Assembly (NCBI GenBank): GCA_030390025.1
Contig: CM059432.1
Coordinates: 134,294,001-134,358,000, forward strand
Direction of reading: 5' to 3'
DNA from: Squalus acanthias
Lineage: Eukaryota
DNA length: 64,000 nt
In this document: positions 13,800 through 25,207 of the stretch, piece after piece
Layout: every line of letters begins with the position of its first letter
How positions within the stretch are numbered: the first letter of the stretch is position 1
Notes under the pieces: generated by a model
What the model was told of the DNA's origin: nothing
Seen by the model: only the letters and a program-made list of their open reading frames with translations
Databases searched by the model: none
Made by a program: the position numbers and the translations under genes

Positions 13800-14589
13800 A
13801 CAGTGTGGACTAGACCCAGATTAATGGGATGGGGGAGGATTGCAAACAGCAAGTCCTATTCATGATATCACTGGACTGGAAATTTTTATTTCAAATCAAC
13901 TGATAAAACAGACCCAGAAATTAAAATTCTTTAGTACTTTCATGAGTACTTGCTTCTTCGCAAATATATAATAAAAGTAAAATCTTCCCAGTAATTTGGG
14001 TGGATGTTTAACTTCTGATCCGTCAGGAGGTGTTCCACAGCTGACAATTTCATTTTCAACAGAAACATTACAAACTTAATGAAGGGAGCAATGGGCCAAT
14101 TATTGCACAAAATAAAGTGATATAAAATACAATATAATTTATCATTGTGTCACTAGCAGATGACATAATCGCAACAAAATCACCCAAGATTCTTCTTGTT
14201 CTTCTTTCTCCCCATATAAGAAAATAAGGTATGCCAAGTATTTAGTCCTTAAGACAGCCCTGATTAATCAAACATGAAAATCAGTTTAGTTTCCTGTTAG
14301 CCGTGACCTCTGTAAATTCAACAGTCCTGTTGCAACTCAGACAATTAATGAGAAATCTCCTGTTCTTTGAATTATGCTGTAGCAATCTAAGCAGGCGTTT
14401 CTCTTTTTTGGAAAAGAAAATGCACAATTCCAACAATATAAATTCTAATTTTCCAGTGCACAAAAAGTAAAATGGCCATTTAAAGGCCTCTTTGAGCGAG
14501 CTTTTGACCATCCTTTCTAATGTCTCTTTTCTTGGCTCAGCATCCAATTTTTGACTACATCTCTGTGAAGCACTTTGGGAGATTTTTGC

Positions 14590-14730
14590 AAAGAAAGAAC
14601 TTGCATTTATATACCACCTTTCACCATCCTAAGGACATCCCAAATCATTTCACAGCCAACAAAGTACTTTATTGAAGTGCAGGCATCGTTGTAATGTAAG
14701 CAAGTGTGGCTGCCAATTTGCACACAGCGA
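14590..14730 (-). mobile_element. Deu-SINE 3' tail fragment, interrupted by a MITE
   Basis: Matches 10755-10900 (AAGAACTTGCATTTATATA...CCAATTTGCACACAGC). Confidence 0.75.
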
Positions 14731-15421
14731 AGTGGAAAATGACTTTTTGCCCGGGCGCGGCGCCGCTAACGACGTCCGCTAAATTCAGCGGGAGTTTAGC
14801 GGTGGCGGTAACCTGGTAGCACTTCACCATACAGGCGGTGATCACCGTGCGCAGTGCCCCGTTTTCACCCCGCCTGCAAAATTGGCCCGCTCCCCCTGAA
14901 TCTGCGCCAGGCGATGACAGCGACCAATTCAGGGGGGCGGGAACGGAGCGGCAGGAGGCTCGCGGGGTGCTAACTAAAGGGGATGTGGCGGGCGGGGGGA
15001 AAAAAAATGGGCCGACTTACTTGTCGCGACCTGTTGCGTCTTTGAACGCGGGGTCCGTGCCGCGATCTGGCAGCCTGGCACTCCTCTTGAGTGCCGGGCT
15101 GCTGGCACAGCACCCTGCTCCCCGGTGGTCCAGGTAGTGTCCTGCAGAGTTGTGGGCTTGGGCCCTCCCCTTTAATGAGGGGAAGAGCCCTTCCATGCGG
15201 CAGCGCTAGGTGGCCCAGTGCGTAGTGCTGCAGAACGCACCACCCTAATATTCGGGGTTAGCGCTCTAAGAAGGAAGGAACGCTTGAATTAGTGCTCCAC
15301 CTCCCTCTTGGGGTGCTAAAACTGAAGTTAGCGATCGCCGGCGCTATTTTTCGCCGGGCGCTAAATTTAGCACCCAGGCGATGTTTGCGACCCAAAATAG
15401 TCGCTAACAAATTTTTCCACC
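14731..15421. mobile_element. GC-rich MITE (Harbinger-like), same family as 40157-40840
   Basis: Termini GTGGAAAAT...ATTTTTCCAC; shares the internal GGCACTCCTCTTGAGTGCCGGGCTG hairpin and its flanks with 40524-40640. Confidence 0.7.
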
Positions 15422-15466
15422 AGGGTCTCCTTTACCTTTCTGGGGGTTGGCATCTAATCCAATCCA

Positions 15467-15680
15467 TGATGTGGAGATGCCGGCGTTGGACTGGGGTGGA
15501 CAAAAATGAGAAGTCGCACAACACCAGGTTATAGTCCAACAGATTTATTTAATTTTACAAGCTTTCGAAGCAGTTCGCTCCTTGCTAACTTACCTGACGA
15601 AGGAGCGAACTGCTTCGAAAGCTTGTAAAATTAAATAAATCTGTTGGACTATAACCTGGTGTTGTGCGACTTCTCATTTT
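15467..15680. mobile_element. Short Penelope-like insertion with perfect 81-bp inverted repeat
   Basis: Arms 15503-15583 and 15600-15680, 16-nt loop; flanked by direct repeat AATCCAATCCA (15456-66, 15681-91). Confidence 0.85.
15590..15628 (+). ncRNA. Minimal type I hammerhead ribozyme motif (Penelope-associated)
   Basis: TTAC-CTGACGA-A-GGAGC(GAACT)GCTTC-GAA-AGCT-T-GTAA: stem I TTAC/GTAA, stem II, palindromic helix III AGCT. Confidence 0.7.
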
Positions 15681-18600
15681 AATCCAATCCAGACAGGTGG
15701 GATTAAATTCTCCTCCTTTTGCTGGTTAGAAGGTTCTTATTACATGAAATGAGTTTGAACAGTTTTAATCCAGTTCCCACTTGGTGTGGACCCAAATTTG
15801 GCACTTTTACATTAAGATCAGGTAAGTTTACAATGTGTCCAGGGCGTCCAACAAAGGTCTGAACACTTTGCAAAGCAGATTTGACATCACACTGGATCTA
15901 CGCTTCATGCAGTGTCAAACTGAAGCAGTGAGACTTCCCCTCCAGGGACTCTCACTCCACTTCACTCCAGATTTATATACTGCTGTTTCAGTGTACTGCA
16001 AAGCTGAAACTGCTTTGCATCAATGTGACACTTGCCGTGCGAATGGACCCTAAATTGGCACACTCACTCAGAAGGGCCACATGCCATTTGTTAAGGGAAA
16101 TGGAAATATCACACTGATGTGAGTGGAGGCACTCTTAAACTGGCATTAAATCTCCTTGAAGGAGAGTTTTCTCTATACACCAGCTGGAGCAAAATTGTGA
16201 ACCTCAGTGTCACTGAAAAAAACATGCCCCAGTTCTGAGGCAAAGCAGAAAGAGTTACCCTACATCTAAACTATGGTATACCTGACCCTGGTCAGGATGC
16301 TGAAAAATGCTCCATTCCTCACTGACACCCCTTACCTTGATGAGCACATAAGTTCACTGAAAGACAATAGAAAGTACTGCTGTAAATACAGTGAGTAAAG
16401 GGAATCAGACAAATCTTTTAAAAGTCAGCAGAACTGCAAAAAGTGCTTCAATGCAGAGGCTTAGCTGTTTCAAAAAGTGCATCACAAACAACCCCACAAA
16501 AGCTAGCTGACCTGGAAATTCAGCCCCAGGACTGTTTTCTTCACCTTTCTATAGAACGACACACTGTACCTAATACAAATATTTGCATTTCTAAAGACCT
16601 GCTCAATAATTTCTGTTCTAAGGTCTAAATGGCCAGAATAGGCATAACAGAGGGATTGGGGGAGGGAGGTGAGCCACTTGTGATCCCTTATCAGTGCCTG
16701 TGTGATAGTAAACACCAATACAATTTCAAACAGTGGAATGCTAGACATTTGCCGATGTAAATGATTGCTTTCAGTCAATTGTTCTTGCAAGGTGCTTTTA
16801 TTTTTGGTGGGCTTGAGGAAAGTGTTATGCTGCCGAAGCACATGATGTTAGAGTTAAAATTTTCACGGATCTGATTTTAAGAGAAGTGGAAAGATTGCTT
16901 CCCTACAAGCTACATAACATGTATAAGCTAGCAGATTTTCTCATTTCAAATACATAACTTAGTATTGTAAAAATGGTGTACAGGTCGCAATAAAAGTTGC
17001 TTCCATCACTTCAGCATTGGGCAGCCAAGTGGCTAGTATTCATCCACACCGGTGTGTAAATCACACTCTTAGGTTGAAGGAGTGTGAAAGTGAAGTGTAT
17101 ACGCCTGGTTTTATGATCAGTACTGCAGATGTAAATTCAATACTTTCTGGTACTACATCATCAAATTAATATGATCCTTTGGTCTATGTCACTCAGTAGT
17201 ATTAATAGCCTGAATTGTGGCTCATTCTTTGCCGTTCATCCTGAAAACTTTTTCAAAACAAATAGCTTCTTCATGTTGTCTGTAATACTGTACTGGAAAT
17301 TCAAACACATATGGACACAGGATCACATTGCTAGAATAACATGGGATGTTCAGTTAAGCTTCATTATGTAAAACTCCATTATGATATAATATTATATTAT
17401 TTAGAATGTGGAGGTGGAGGAAGTGAACTAATTGCGAATAGATTAAAGGTTTCATAGTACGTCGTATATTTAGTATTGTTATGTTGTATTTGGTTCCAAT
17501 TTAATGGAATAAATGCACCTTATAAGGAAATAATTAAACAGACCTCTCCTGTATAAGTGTTTCCTTATGATTCTTTACTGCCTTTTCTTGGTAAATAGCA
17601 CCATCTCTTGTGTTTTTTGCACATTGCATGTTACTATTGGAACTATTATGGTGAAAATAAAAAGAAACAGAATCACTAAGTACCTAGTGACCTTGTTAAA
17701 CCCCAGCATAGGGAAACTCCAGACCTTCCTCTTTAACCCAATTTGAAGCTCATCCTGTTGAAATGGAGGCAGATTGAACACCCTACAATCACCACCACCA
17801 ATCAATGTGGATTGATACATTGCAAAAGATAAGTCAACCCAAAAAATAAAATTGTGAATTAACCGAGGCTGAATTGGAGAAATTTCTCAAGATTTCATCT
17901 TCATTCCTGACCTACTGACAGCAACAGATACCATAGCACAAGAATGTGAAGGAAACCAGTATGTATAAAGCAACCCATTGCAGAGAAATCAACAAGGCTT
18001 GACAGAAAGGACTAAAAGAAAGACTTGCATTTATATAGCACCTTTCATGACCTCAAGATGTCACAAGGCACTTTACCTTGGCACTAACTCTAACCCTGAT
18101 GCAATTTATATTTTGGAGCAGGCCTTCATCTTGTTACTGATGAATCTAATTTAAAAAAATATTCCCTCCCTATTTTCGTCAGTTTTCCCCTGTTTAGTGT
18201 CCTGCACTATTCCCCAACTGAGACATGGATAGATAGATGGCCACCATCGGCATTTCTGCCCCTTTTGATGCGGCTGGTAGGAGGTGAGTAAGAGGGGTAT
18301 GAATTGATTGCCCTTCCCTTGGGGAAGCACTTCACCTCCAAATAACTCCTTTCCCAATAAAAGCTGTTGAAACAGGCTCTATCTGATGACAGTTTCCAGT
18401 TTCTGACAAAGGGTTCACAACCAAAGGCTGTCCTATCATTTCTCTTTACAGGTGCTGACTCACTTGCCAAGCAGTTCTAGAATTTTGTGTTTTCACACTT
18501 ATCAGTTGTGATTAATATTCAGCATCTTCGTGTTAAGTATAGCTAACAGTTGCCTTCAAACATTTGTGTGAATAATTATGAAGAAAAAAGGGAGAATAGT

Positions 18601-18734
18601 AGACAATTTACATACACAAGAAACCTCCACAACTCGTTCTCATTTGTTGGATGTGTCGTTTCTTGGTACACAGCGCCATCTAATGTTTTTACTAAACATT
18701 TCATCAAAAATATTCCTAAATTCAAGTTTATCAA

Positions 18735-18841
18735 AAATGAGAAGTCGCACAACACCAGGTTATAGTCCAACAGTTTTATTTGAAATTACGAGCTTTCGGA
18801 GCTCTGCTCCTTCTTCAGGTACAGGTACAGTGAGGGAATAC
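18735..18841 (-). mobile_element. Penelope terminal fragment (same family as 15467-15680) with hammerhead motif at 18787-18821
   Basis: ATGAGAAGTCGCACAACACCAGGTTATAGTCCAACAG identical to the 15.5-kb copy; minus strand reads TAC-CTGAAGA-A-GGAGC(AGA)GCTCC-GAA-AGCT-C-GTA; flanking AGTTTATCAA direct repeat (18725-34, 18842-51). Confidence 0.75.
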
Positions 18842-19009
18842 AGTTTATCAACACAGATTTGGACTGAAATTCTGAACATTCATACATGGAAGATGCCCAA
18901 GAGTCATTGATACAAAAAAATTGCACAGAATGAGGGAGAGATTCCTAAAAGGAACAAGATTTTGCTTTTTGTCAGCAGGATTCTTGGCAAAAAAATCCAC
19001 GGGGGGGAA

Positions 19010-19241
19010 ATGAGAATTTCTTTTATGCAGCGAGTTGTTATGATCTGGAATGCACTGCCTGAAAGGGTGGTGGAAGCAGATTCAATAGTAACTTTCAAAG
19101 GGGAATTGGATATATATTTGAAAAGGAGGAATTTGCTGGGCTATGGGGAAAGAACAGGGGAGTGGGACTAATTGGACTGCTCTTTCAAAGAGGCACGATG
19201 GGCCGAATGGCCTCCTCTTGTGTTGTATGATTCTATGATTC
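19010..19241 (+). mobile_element. CR1 LINE 3' end
   Basis: Encodes the ..QRVVMIWNALPERVVEA.. C-terminus and ends in a (ATTCTATG)n tail. Confidence 0.85.
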
Positions 19242-19535
19242 TGTGGGGGGAAATAAAGGAAGAGTATAATACTGATAAATAATGTCGATGAAAAATGTGA
19301 GATACAAAGGTTTAAGAGAAATACAGGTGCCAAATTGGGTGAGATTTATCTACGGATAAAAGGACAAAAACTAAACTGAGAAGACAAGGCCAAAAGAATG
19401 CTGAAATATTGAAGAGAGATGCCAAAAGTAGGGAGTCAAATGAAAATTACAATGACAGCCAATGGTGCATAGATGTTTTTCCTATGTAATTAACCCCCAA
19501 ATTGTCTCTTGACCCCATTCCCAACTGCTGACCGC

Positions 19536-20474
19536 TGAAAGGTTATCATGGATTAGCTGATTTTTAGAATACTTGTTTTAATATCTTATAATCATTAATA
19601 TCTTATAATCATCAGTAATGGATTTATAATTGTGTGTAAGAATTAAATGTAGAAGTCTGTAATCACCAATTGTATGCAATGATAACCAAAATTATTTATG
19701 ACATGTAGCCCTTTTGCTTATAATTAAAAGTCTGTGAGTAAGCTGTAACCAGACCGCCTGGGGTGAGGAAAAGGATTGCTATGGTCAAATAGGGAGGCTG
19801 TGGGTGAAAGTTGGATATTAGCCAACAGTAAGGATGAGACAGAGAGTGCAGCTAGCCTGGGAAACAAGGTCAGGTGTAGCTACCATTGTGTTGGAATGTT
19901 ATGATGTCTGCTGTGAATTAAAAACATGGCCTTTAACAGTGAACAGCAAGGGCATGTGTCTCTCCACTATGGAGACATGTTGCTTTTGTGTTGCTATAAC
20001 TACCCCAGATATGACTCTTGATGGTCAAAAACAGATGATTTAAGGATGTCATAAGACTAGATCCAGTGTAAGCCAAGGTGCTGCGGACGTGACATCTTTA
20101 TGATTGATTTTTGAGTTTTGGGTGTAAGCCAGTGATTGGTTCAGGAGGACTCTATAGATTTTCAATGAGAGTAAGGGTATAAGAAGGGGCTCGCAACAGC
20201 CACAAAGTGTAGAAGGTTTCAGAAAGAGTAGAAGACTTCAGGAACAAACCGTGAGAGAAAGAGAGATGAAAGACAAGAGACACAGGATGCAGCTTACTCA
20301 TGGTTGCGACTTCTACCCAGAGGAGAATGGATAAGCCTCAATTATTCTCTGTAAACTGCTGCTCAAATATTGTAATGTATTAAGTCTTGCTTGTGTTGAA
20401 TAAAGTTAAATCACTGTCCCTAATACGGGTCAACCTTGAATCAGTTGGAACCAGGGTCCCTCTGGGATCTTATA
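19536..20474 (+). mobile_element. Solo LTR (~940 bp) inserted in L2
   Basis: Starts TG; ATTGG at ~20135, TATAAG at ~20178, AATAAA at ~20399; imperfect 4-bp TSD CCGC/CCAC; 3' end reads TA rather than CA. Confidence 0.6.
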
Positions 20475-21223
20475 CCACCTATCGTCCCTTCATGGCCCCC
20501 ATGTTAGCTCTCATTGTAAATGGTCCCCTCTCCTCAGGTACTGCCCCCTCCCTTTCAAAACTGCCGTCAACACACCCCTCCTCAAAAAAACCACCGTCGA
20601 TCTCTTTGTCCTTGGAAACTACCGTCCATCTCCAACCTCCCTTTCCTCTCCAAAGTTCTTGAACCTCCCAAATTCGTGTCCATTTTTCCCGCAAATCCAT
20701 GTTTGACTCTCTCGAATCAGGTTTCCGCCCCTGCCACAGCACTGAAATTGCCCTACTCAAAGTCATGAATGCCATTCTCTGTGACTGGGAATAATGCACC
20801 AGTCCTCCTCATTCTTCTCGATCTTTCTGTTGCCTTTTATATGATCGACCACGCCTTCCTATTTCAACGCCTCTCCTGCGGTGTCCAGCTTCTTGCGCCT
20901 GCCTTCACTTGGTTCCACTCTTACCTATCCAATCGTAGCAAGGGCATCTCCAGCTATGGCTTCTATTCCCACCCCTACACCATTACCTTTGGAGTCCCCA
21001 AAGGTTCTATCCTTGGCCCCTTTCTCTTCCTCATCTACATGCCGCCACATGGCGACATCATCTGAAGACATGGGGTCAGGTGCTTCATGGACGCTGATGA
21101 CATCCAGCTCTACCTCATCACCACCTATATTGACCCTTTCACTGCCTCTGTGTTGTCAGACTGCTTGTGCAACATCCAGTCCTGCAGTTCTTCCAGTTAA
21201 ATATTAGGAAGACCAAAGTCACT

Positions 21224-23185
21224 GGCGCGATTTTGCGGTCAGCGGCGAAGGAACAGTGTTCGCCGTTCATTACGTTGACAACAGAGCTTTTCTGGCCTTT
21301 TGAGCAGAAACTTACTGTCATCAGGCATCTGATCCAGCGCAGTACTCTCTACAGGGCATCTGTGGTGTCTGTGAGCAAGCAACGGCAAGGCTCTTCAACC
21401 AATCAGATTGAAGAATCCTCACTGAGACATGCAGAGCCTAAACCAGGAAGTAAGCCATGAATTATAAATTAGATTTAAATCATGTACAGAAACCGAAATA
21501 AAGATTGTGAAATAAAGATGGGATTAAGAGAGAGAGAGAGAGATAAAAGAGACAGCTAGAAAAAGTTTTTTAAATTAATTAATCGCATAGGGAAAAAAAT
21601 TAATTATTTTTTAAAAATCTCCAACACTCATTACTTTCTGAAGGAATGAGACTCCATACTTGTAAAATTACATTTTCAGGGCCAGAGAAGTTGTTTGGCA
21701 GTAATTATGATTGATCTCACCGTTAAAAATTCAACTTACACCTGAATGCACCAGCCCTAACTTTCTCTGCCGTGTTGTTGAGATTAATTTATCTCTGGTC
21801 TTTCAAATAATCAGGATCGAGTGCAAACCAATATGGTGGGTATGTTGTGTTTAATCGGAGTTACAGACGGATATAACACACTAGTTATACAGCAAAAACA
21901 TACGACCATGACAAGTAGCAGCAGGTACCGGTCTAGATCGGACAGACGGCTGGCGTGCGCGAACAGCTCTTCTTCTCTGTCTTTCTCTCTTCTAGAACCG
22001 CCAAGAGTGATTAGACTAGGGTCAGCATGGGTCCACTCTCGGAAGAGTGTTAGACTATCGATCCACTCTCAGAAGTTCTTCGCTCCACTGTCTGTGCTAG
22101 GGACTTTTCAGGTCCTTCTTTTATACTATTTTTAGGGGTGGACCTGAGGTAGAATATTGACAAGACCATTTAACCTACAGAGGTTCCCCTTAAAACAAGG
22201 TGCCCAATGGCATGTCGAGTTCCTTGTCTAAACGTACAGATGAAAACCCTCCCTTAAGGGGTCTTATGCTTTTCCTCACATGTTTTTCTTGTTTATACAT
22301 TTTGAAGGCCAATCCATCTGAATTCCACGTATCTCGTCCATCCTTGTCCTCCCTGGTGCAGCCAGTGCATACCAGTCACAGCCTTGGGCCTTTTAATCAG
22401 AGGCCCATGCTAGAGCTATCTGCTCAGCCAGCCGCTATTCAAATACATTTTCCCCATATCTAACAAACAATTCTAGCCTGAGATGATACATTAACTCCCG
22501 TAAATGCCTTCTATTCTATGTTCTTATACTAATTAACTTCTACATATCTTCGCAAGCAGTTCTGTTAAACGAGCTCCCAATTCCTAACTTAGCATTATAA
22601 TATGGTTATTAGCGGTAATGGGAGAAACATATGGCCAAATTAAAGATACAGTCAGCGGCCTTCCTAGCATACAAACAGCAGACAGCTAGCCTGGGAAGCA
22701 AGGCCATATGTGAATGCCACTGTTGGAATGCTATAACATCCGCAGGGGACTGAAAACATGGGCAAATTTTAAGCATCTATCCATCTAATCTAATACTAGT
22801 CTGAAGCTCTAATACAAGTTTCCCAGAAAACAAAACTTAAGCAGTTCCAGTAAAACACAACTTACTTGTCTCGAGCTCCAATACAATCATTTAAACACAG
22901 TATTATTCGCGTCACACTTTAATTCGCATAACCATATACAGTTCTAACAGTGTTTAGTGGGTAACTAGTGGGTAAGTACAGCAACTTCACGCCATTGCAT
23001 GTATTTCAATGCTGAGTCTATCAGTGAGGTACTGTTACAGCGCAGCTTGTGGAGGAGCAGGGTAACTTCCGTATTTCCGCTTTTAATTGCCCATGTGCAG
23101 ACACCGGAAGTTGCTGTCCAATTTACTCCATAATAACGACGAGCGCTGTTAGCCTCGCCGTTATTCTCAATACAAAATCCAGGCC
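21224..23185. mobile_element. Harbinger-like MITE inserted in L2 and containing a solo LTR
   Basis: Termini GGCGCGATTTTG and CAAAATCCAGGCC; L2 resumes immediately after. Confidence 0.7.
21776..22949 (-). mobile_element. Solo LTR (1174 bp)
   Basis: TGTT...AACA termini; perfect 4-bp TSD GTGT (21772-75, 22950-53); minus-strand TATAAAA (~22120) upstream of ATTAAA (~21850). Confidence 0.8.
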
Positions 23186-23742
23186 ATCACTTCAACTCTG
23201 CCACAAACTCCGTTCCCTCGTCACTATTTGCATTCCCCTCTCCGGCCGCTGTCTTAGGTTGAACAAACTGTTTGCAATCTGACCAGAGCTTCAAACCCAT
23301 ATCCTCTCTATCACAAAGACTGCCTACTTCCACTTCTGTAACATCACCTGTCTGCACCCTTGCCTCAAACCATATGCTGCCAAAACCCTTATCCATGCCT
23401 TTCTCACTTCCAGACTTGACTGCTCCAATGCCCTCCTGGCCAGTCTCCCATCCGCTACCCTCCATAAACTTCAGCTCATCCCAAACTGTGCTTCCCATAT
23501 CCTATCCTACACTAATTCCCGCTTACCTGTCATCCCTGTCCCTGCTGACTTACACTGGCTCCCAGTCCCCCAATGCCTCCAATTAAAAATATCATCCTTG
23601 TGTTCAAATTGCCCCTCCTTATCTCTGTAAACGCCTTCAGCACTACAGTCCACCCAGAACTCTGCATTCCAACAAATTCGGCCTCTTCTGCATTCTCCCT
23701 TCCCTTTGCCACAACATTGGTGGCCGTGCTTTCAGACACCTA

Positions 23743-24897
23743 GGGGGTGATTTTATCAATGGGGACGTGATGGAGGCGGGACTGCTGCTTGTCGGGTTTT
23801 AGTCCCGCCTCCATCGATGTCCGGCCAACCCACGCTATTTTCCCTTGATTGACTTTGTTAAGCCCATCCAGCGGGTTTAGCAGGCCAATTAAGGGAAAGC
23901 TGGTGACAGAGAACGTCAGCGTATGACGTTTCATCTGTCAAGATTTTTTGACAGATGAATTGTCATCGTTTGACAGCCATGTGAAGCTGTCAAACACTGA
24001 CAATCTGTCTTCTAAGTTGAGTCCTTTACTCAAGACTCACTTAGAAAGCTTTCCTGAGCAGAAAGCTGCTGCATTTAAGAATGCAGCGGCCATTCTGCTT
24101 TCTCTGCCGGTGAGATGAGGCAGCTCTGCAGCCTAAAGGGATGAAGCCTGGAGGAAGAAGCAAAGGTAAGTAATCTTATTAAAACACTTTATCACAGAAT
24201 CCCCACAGTGCAGATAGAGGCCATTTCGGCCCATCGAGCCTGCACCGACACATATCCCACCCTATCCCCGTAACCCCACGTATTTAATCCCCCCTAACAC
24301 TAAGGGTCAATTTATCATAGCCAAATCAACCTAACCCGCACATCTTTGGACTGTGGGAGGAAACCGGAGCACCCGGAGGAAACCCACGCAGACACGGGGA
24401 GAATGTGCAAACTCCACACAGACAGTCATCCCGAGGCCGGATTTGAACCCGGGGTCCCTGGCACTGTGAGGTAACAGTGCTAACCACTATGCCACCGTGT
24501 TGCCCATGAGGTGACTTTAGAGTCACCTCACACACTTACCTCTCCACACTTGCACTCATCACTCACCTGCACAACGCACTTTTCGGCCCCTTCGACCCCC
24601 GCAGATCCACGGCTCGCCTCGCTGACCCTGGCGAGGTTCGGAGCCGTCGGGAAGCCCACGCTTTAGGGCTCAAAATAGAAATTAGCCAAAAAACTGTCTG
24701 TTAACTACCTGATAACAGGCAGTTAATTGGCACTAATCCCCTTTCCACCTCGAGGAGACGGGACCCGCCGCGGGTCGGGTACCCGCCTCCTGGGAAGATG
24801 GCACGGAGGCGGGATGGGTACCCACTCCCAGATTCTGCCATTTTCCCGGCAGTCCCACCTCCATACCTGCCTCCCCAGGGCTGGCAAAATCGCCCCC
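23743..24897. mobile_element. Harbinger-like MITE
   Basis: TIRs GGGGGTGATTTT and revcomp GGGGGCGATTTT; 3-bp TSD CTA. Confidence 0.75.
24191..24505 (-). mobile_element. HE1-type V-SINE (tRNA head, V domain, CR1-like tail), nested in the MITE
   Basis: Minus strand GGTGGCATAGTGGTTAGC (A box), GGTTCAAATCC (B box) and GTGGGTTTCCTCCGGGTGCTCCGGTTTCCTCCCACAGTCCAAAGA (V domain). Confidence 0.9.
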
Positions 24898-25207
24898 CTA
24901 AGCTCTGGAACTCCCTTCCTAAACCCCTTTGCATCTCCATTTACCTCTCCTCCTTTAAGACCCTTCTTAAAACCCACCTCTTTGACCAAGTTCACCCCTC
25001 CTAATATCTCCATAAAGGCATTATATAAATGCAAATTGTTGCTGTCAGTAGCATGCAATCAGGACCAAGTGACTTGCCCATTTTGACTTCTGCTAATTTT
25101 TTCATAACCAATTAGTTTTTTAGTTATTTCTTACACTTTTCCACATCTTCCTCCAGTACACCTACATTCTCATTTCCACCATAATTTGTCAACTGAAAAC
25201 AAAATAG

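Larger units (their letters stand above)
19500..25005 (+). mobile_element. Decayed L2 LINE (RT region and 3' end) split by nested insertions; pieces ~19500-19535, 20475-21223, 23186-23742, 24898-25005
   Basis: ISNLPFLSKVLE, LILLDLSVAF..DH and GVPKGSILGPFLFLIYM motifs; 3' CTCTGGAACTCCCTTCC...CTTAAAACCCACCTCTTTGACC; sequence is continuous across the insertions. Confidence 0.85.

Noticed and set aside
15503..15680. microRNA precursor
   Set aside because: A perfect 81-bp stem of Penelope terminal sequence with a TSD is explained by retrotransposon inversion
18395..18495. Additional hammerhead in a degenerate Penelope terminal relic
   Set aside because: Core is decayed (CTGACAA, no GAAA) and the stems are lost
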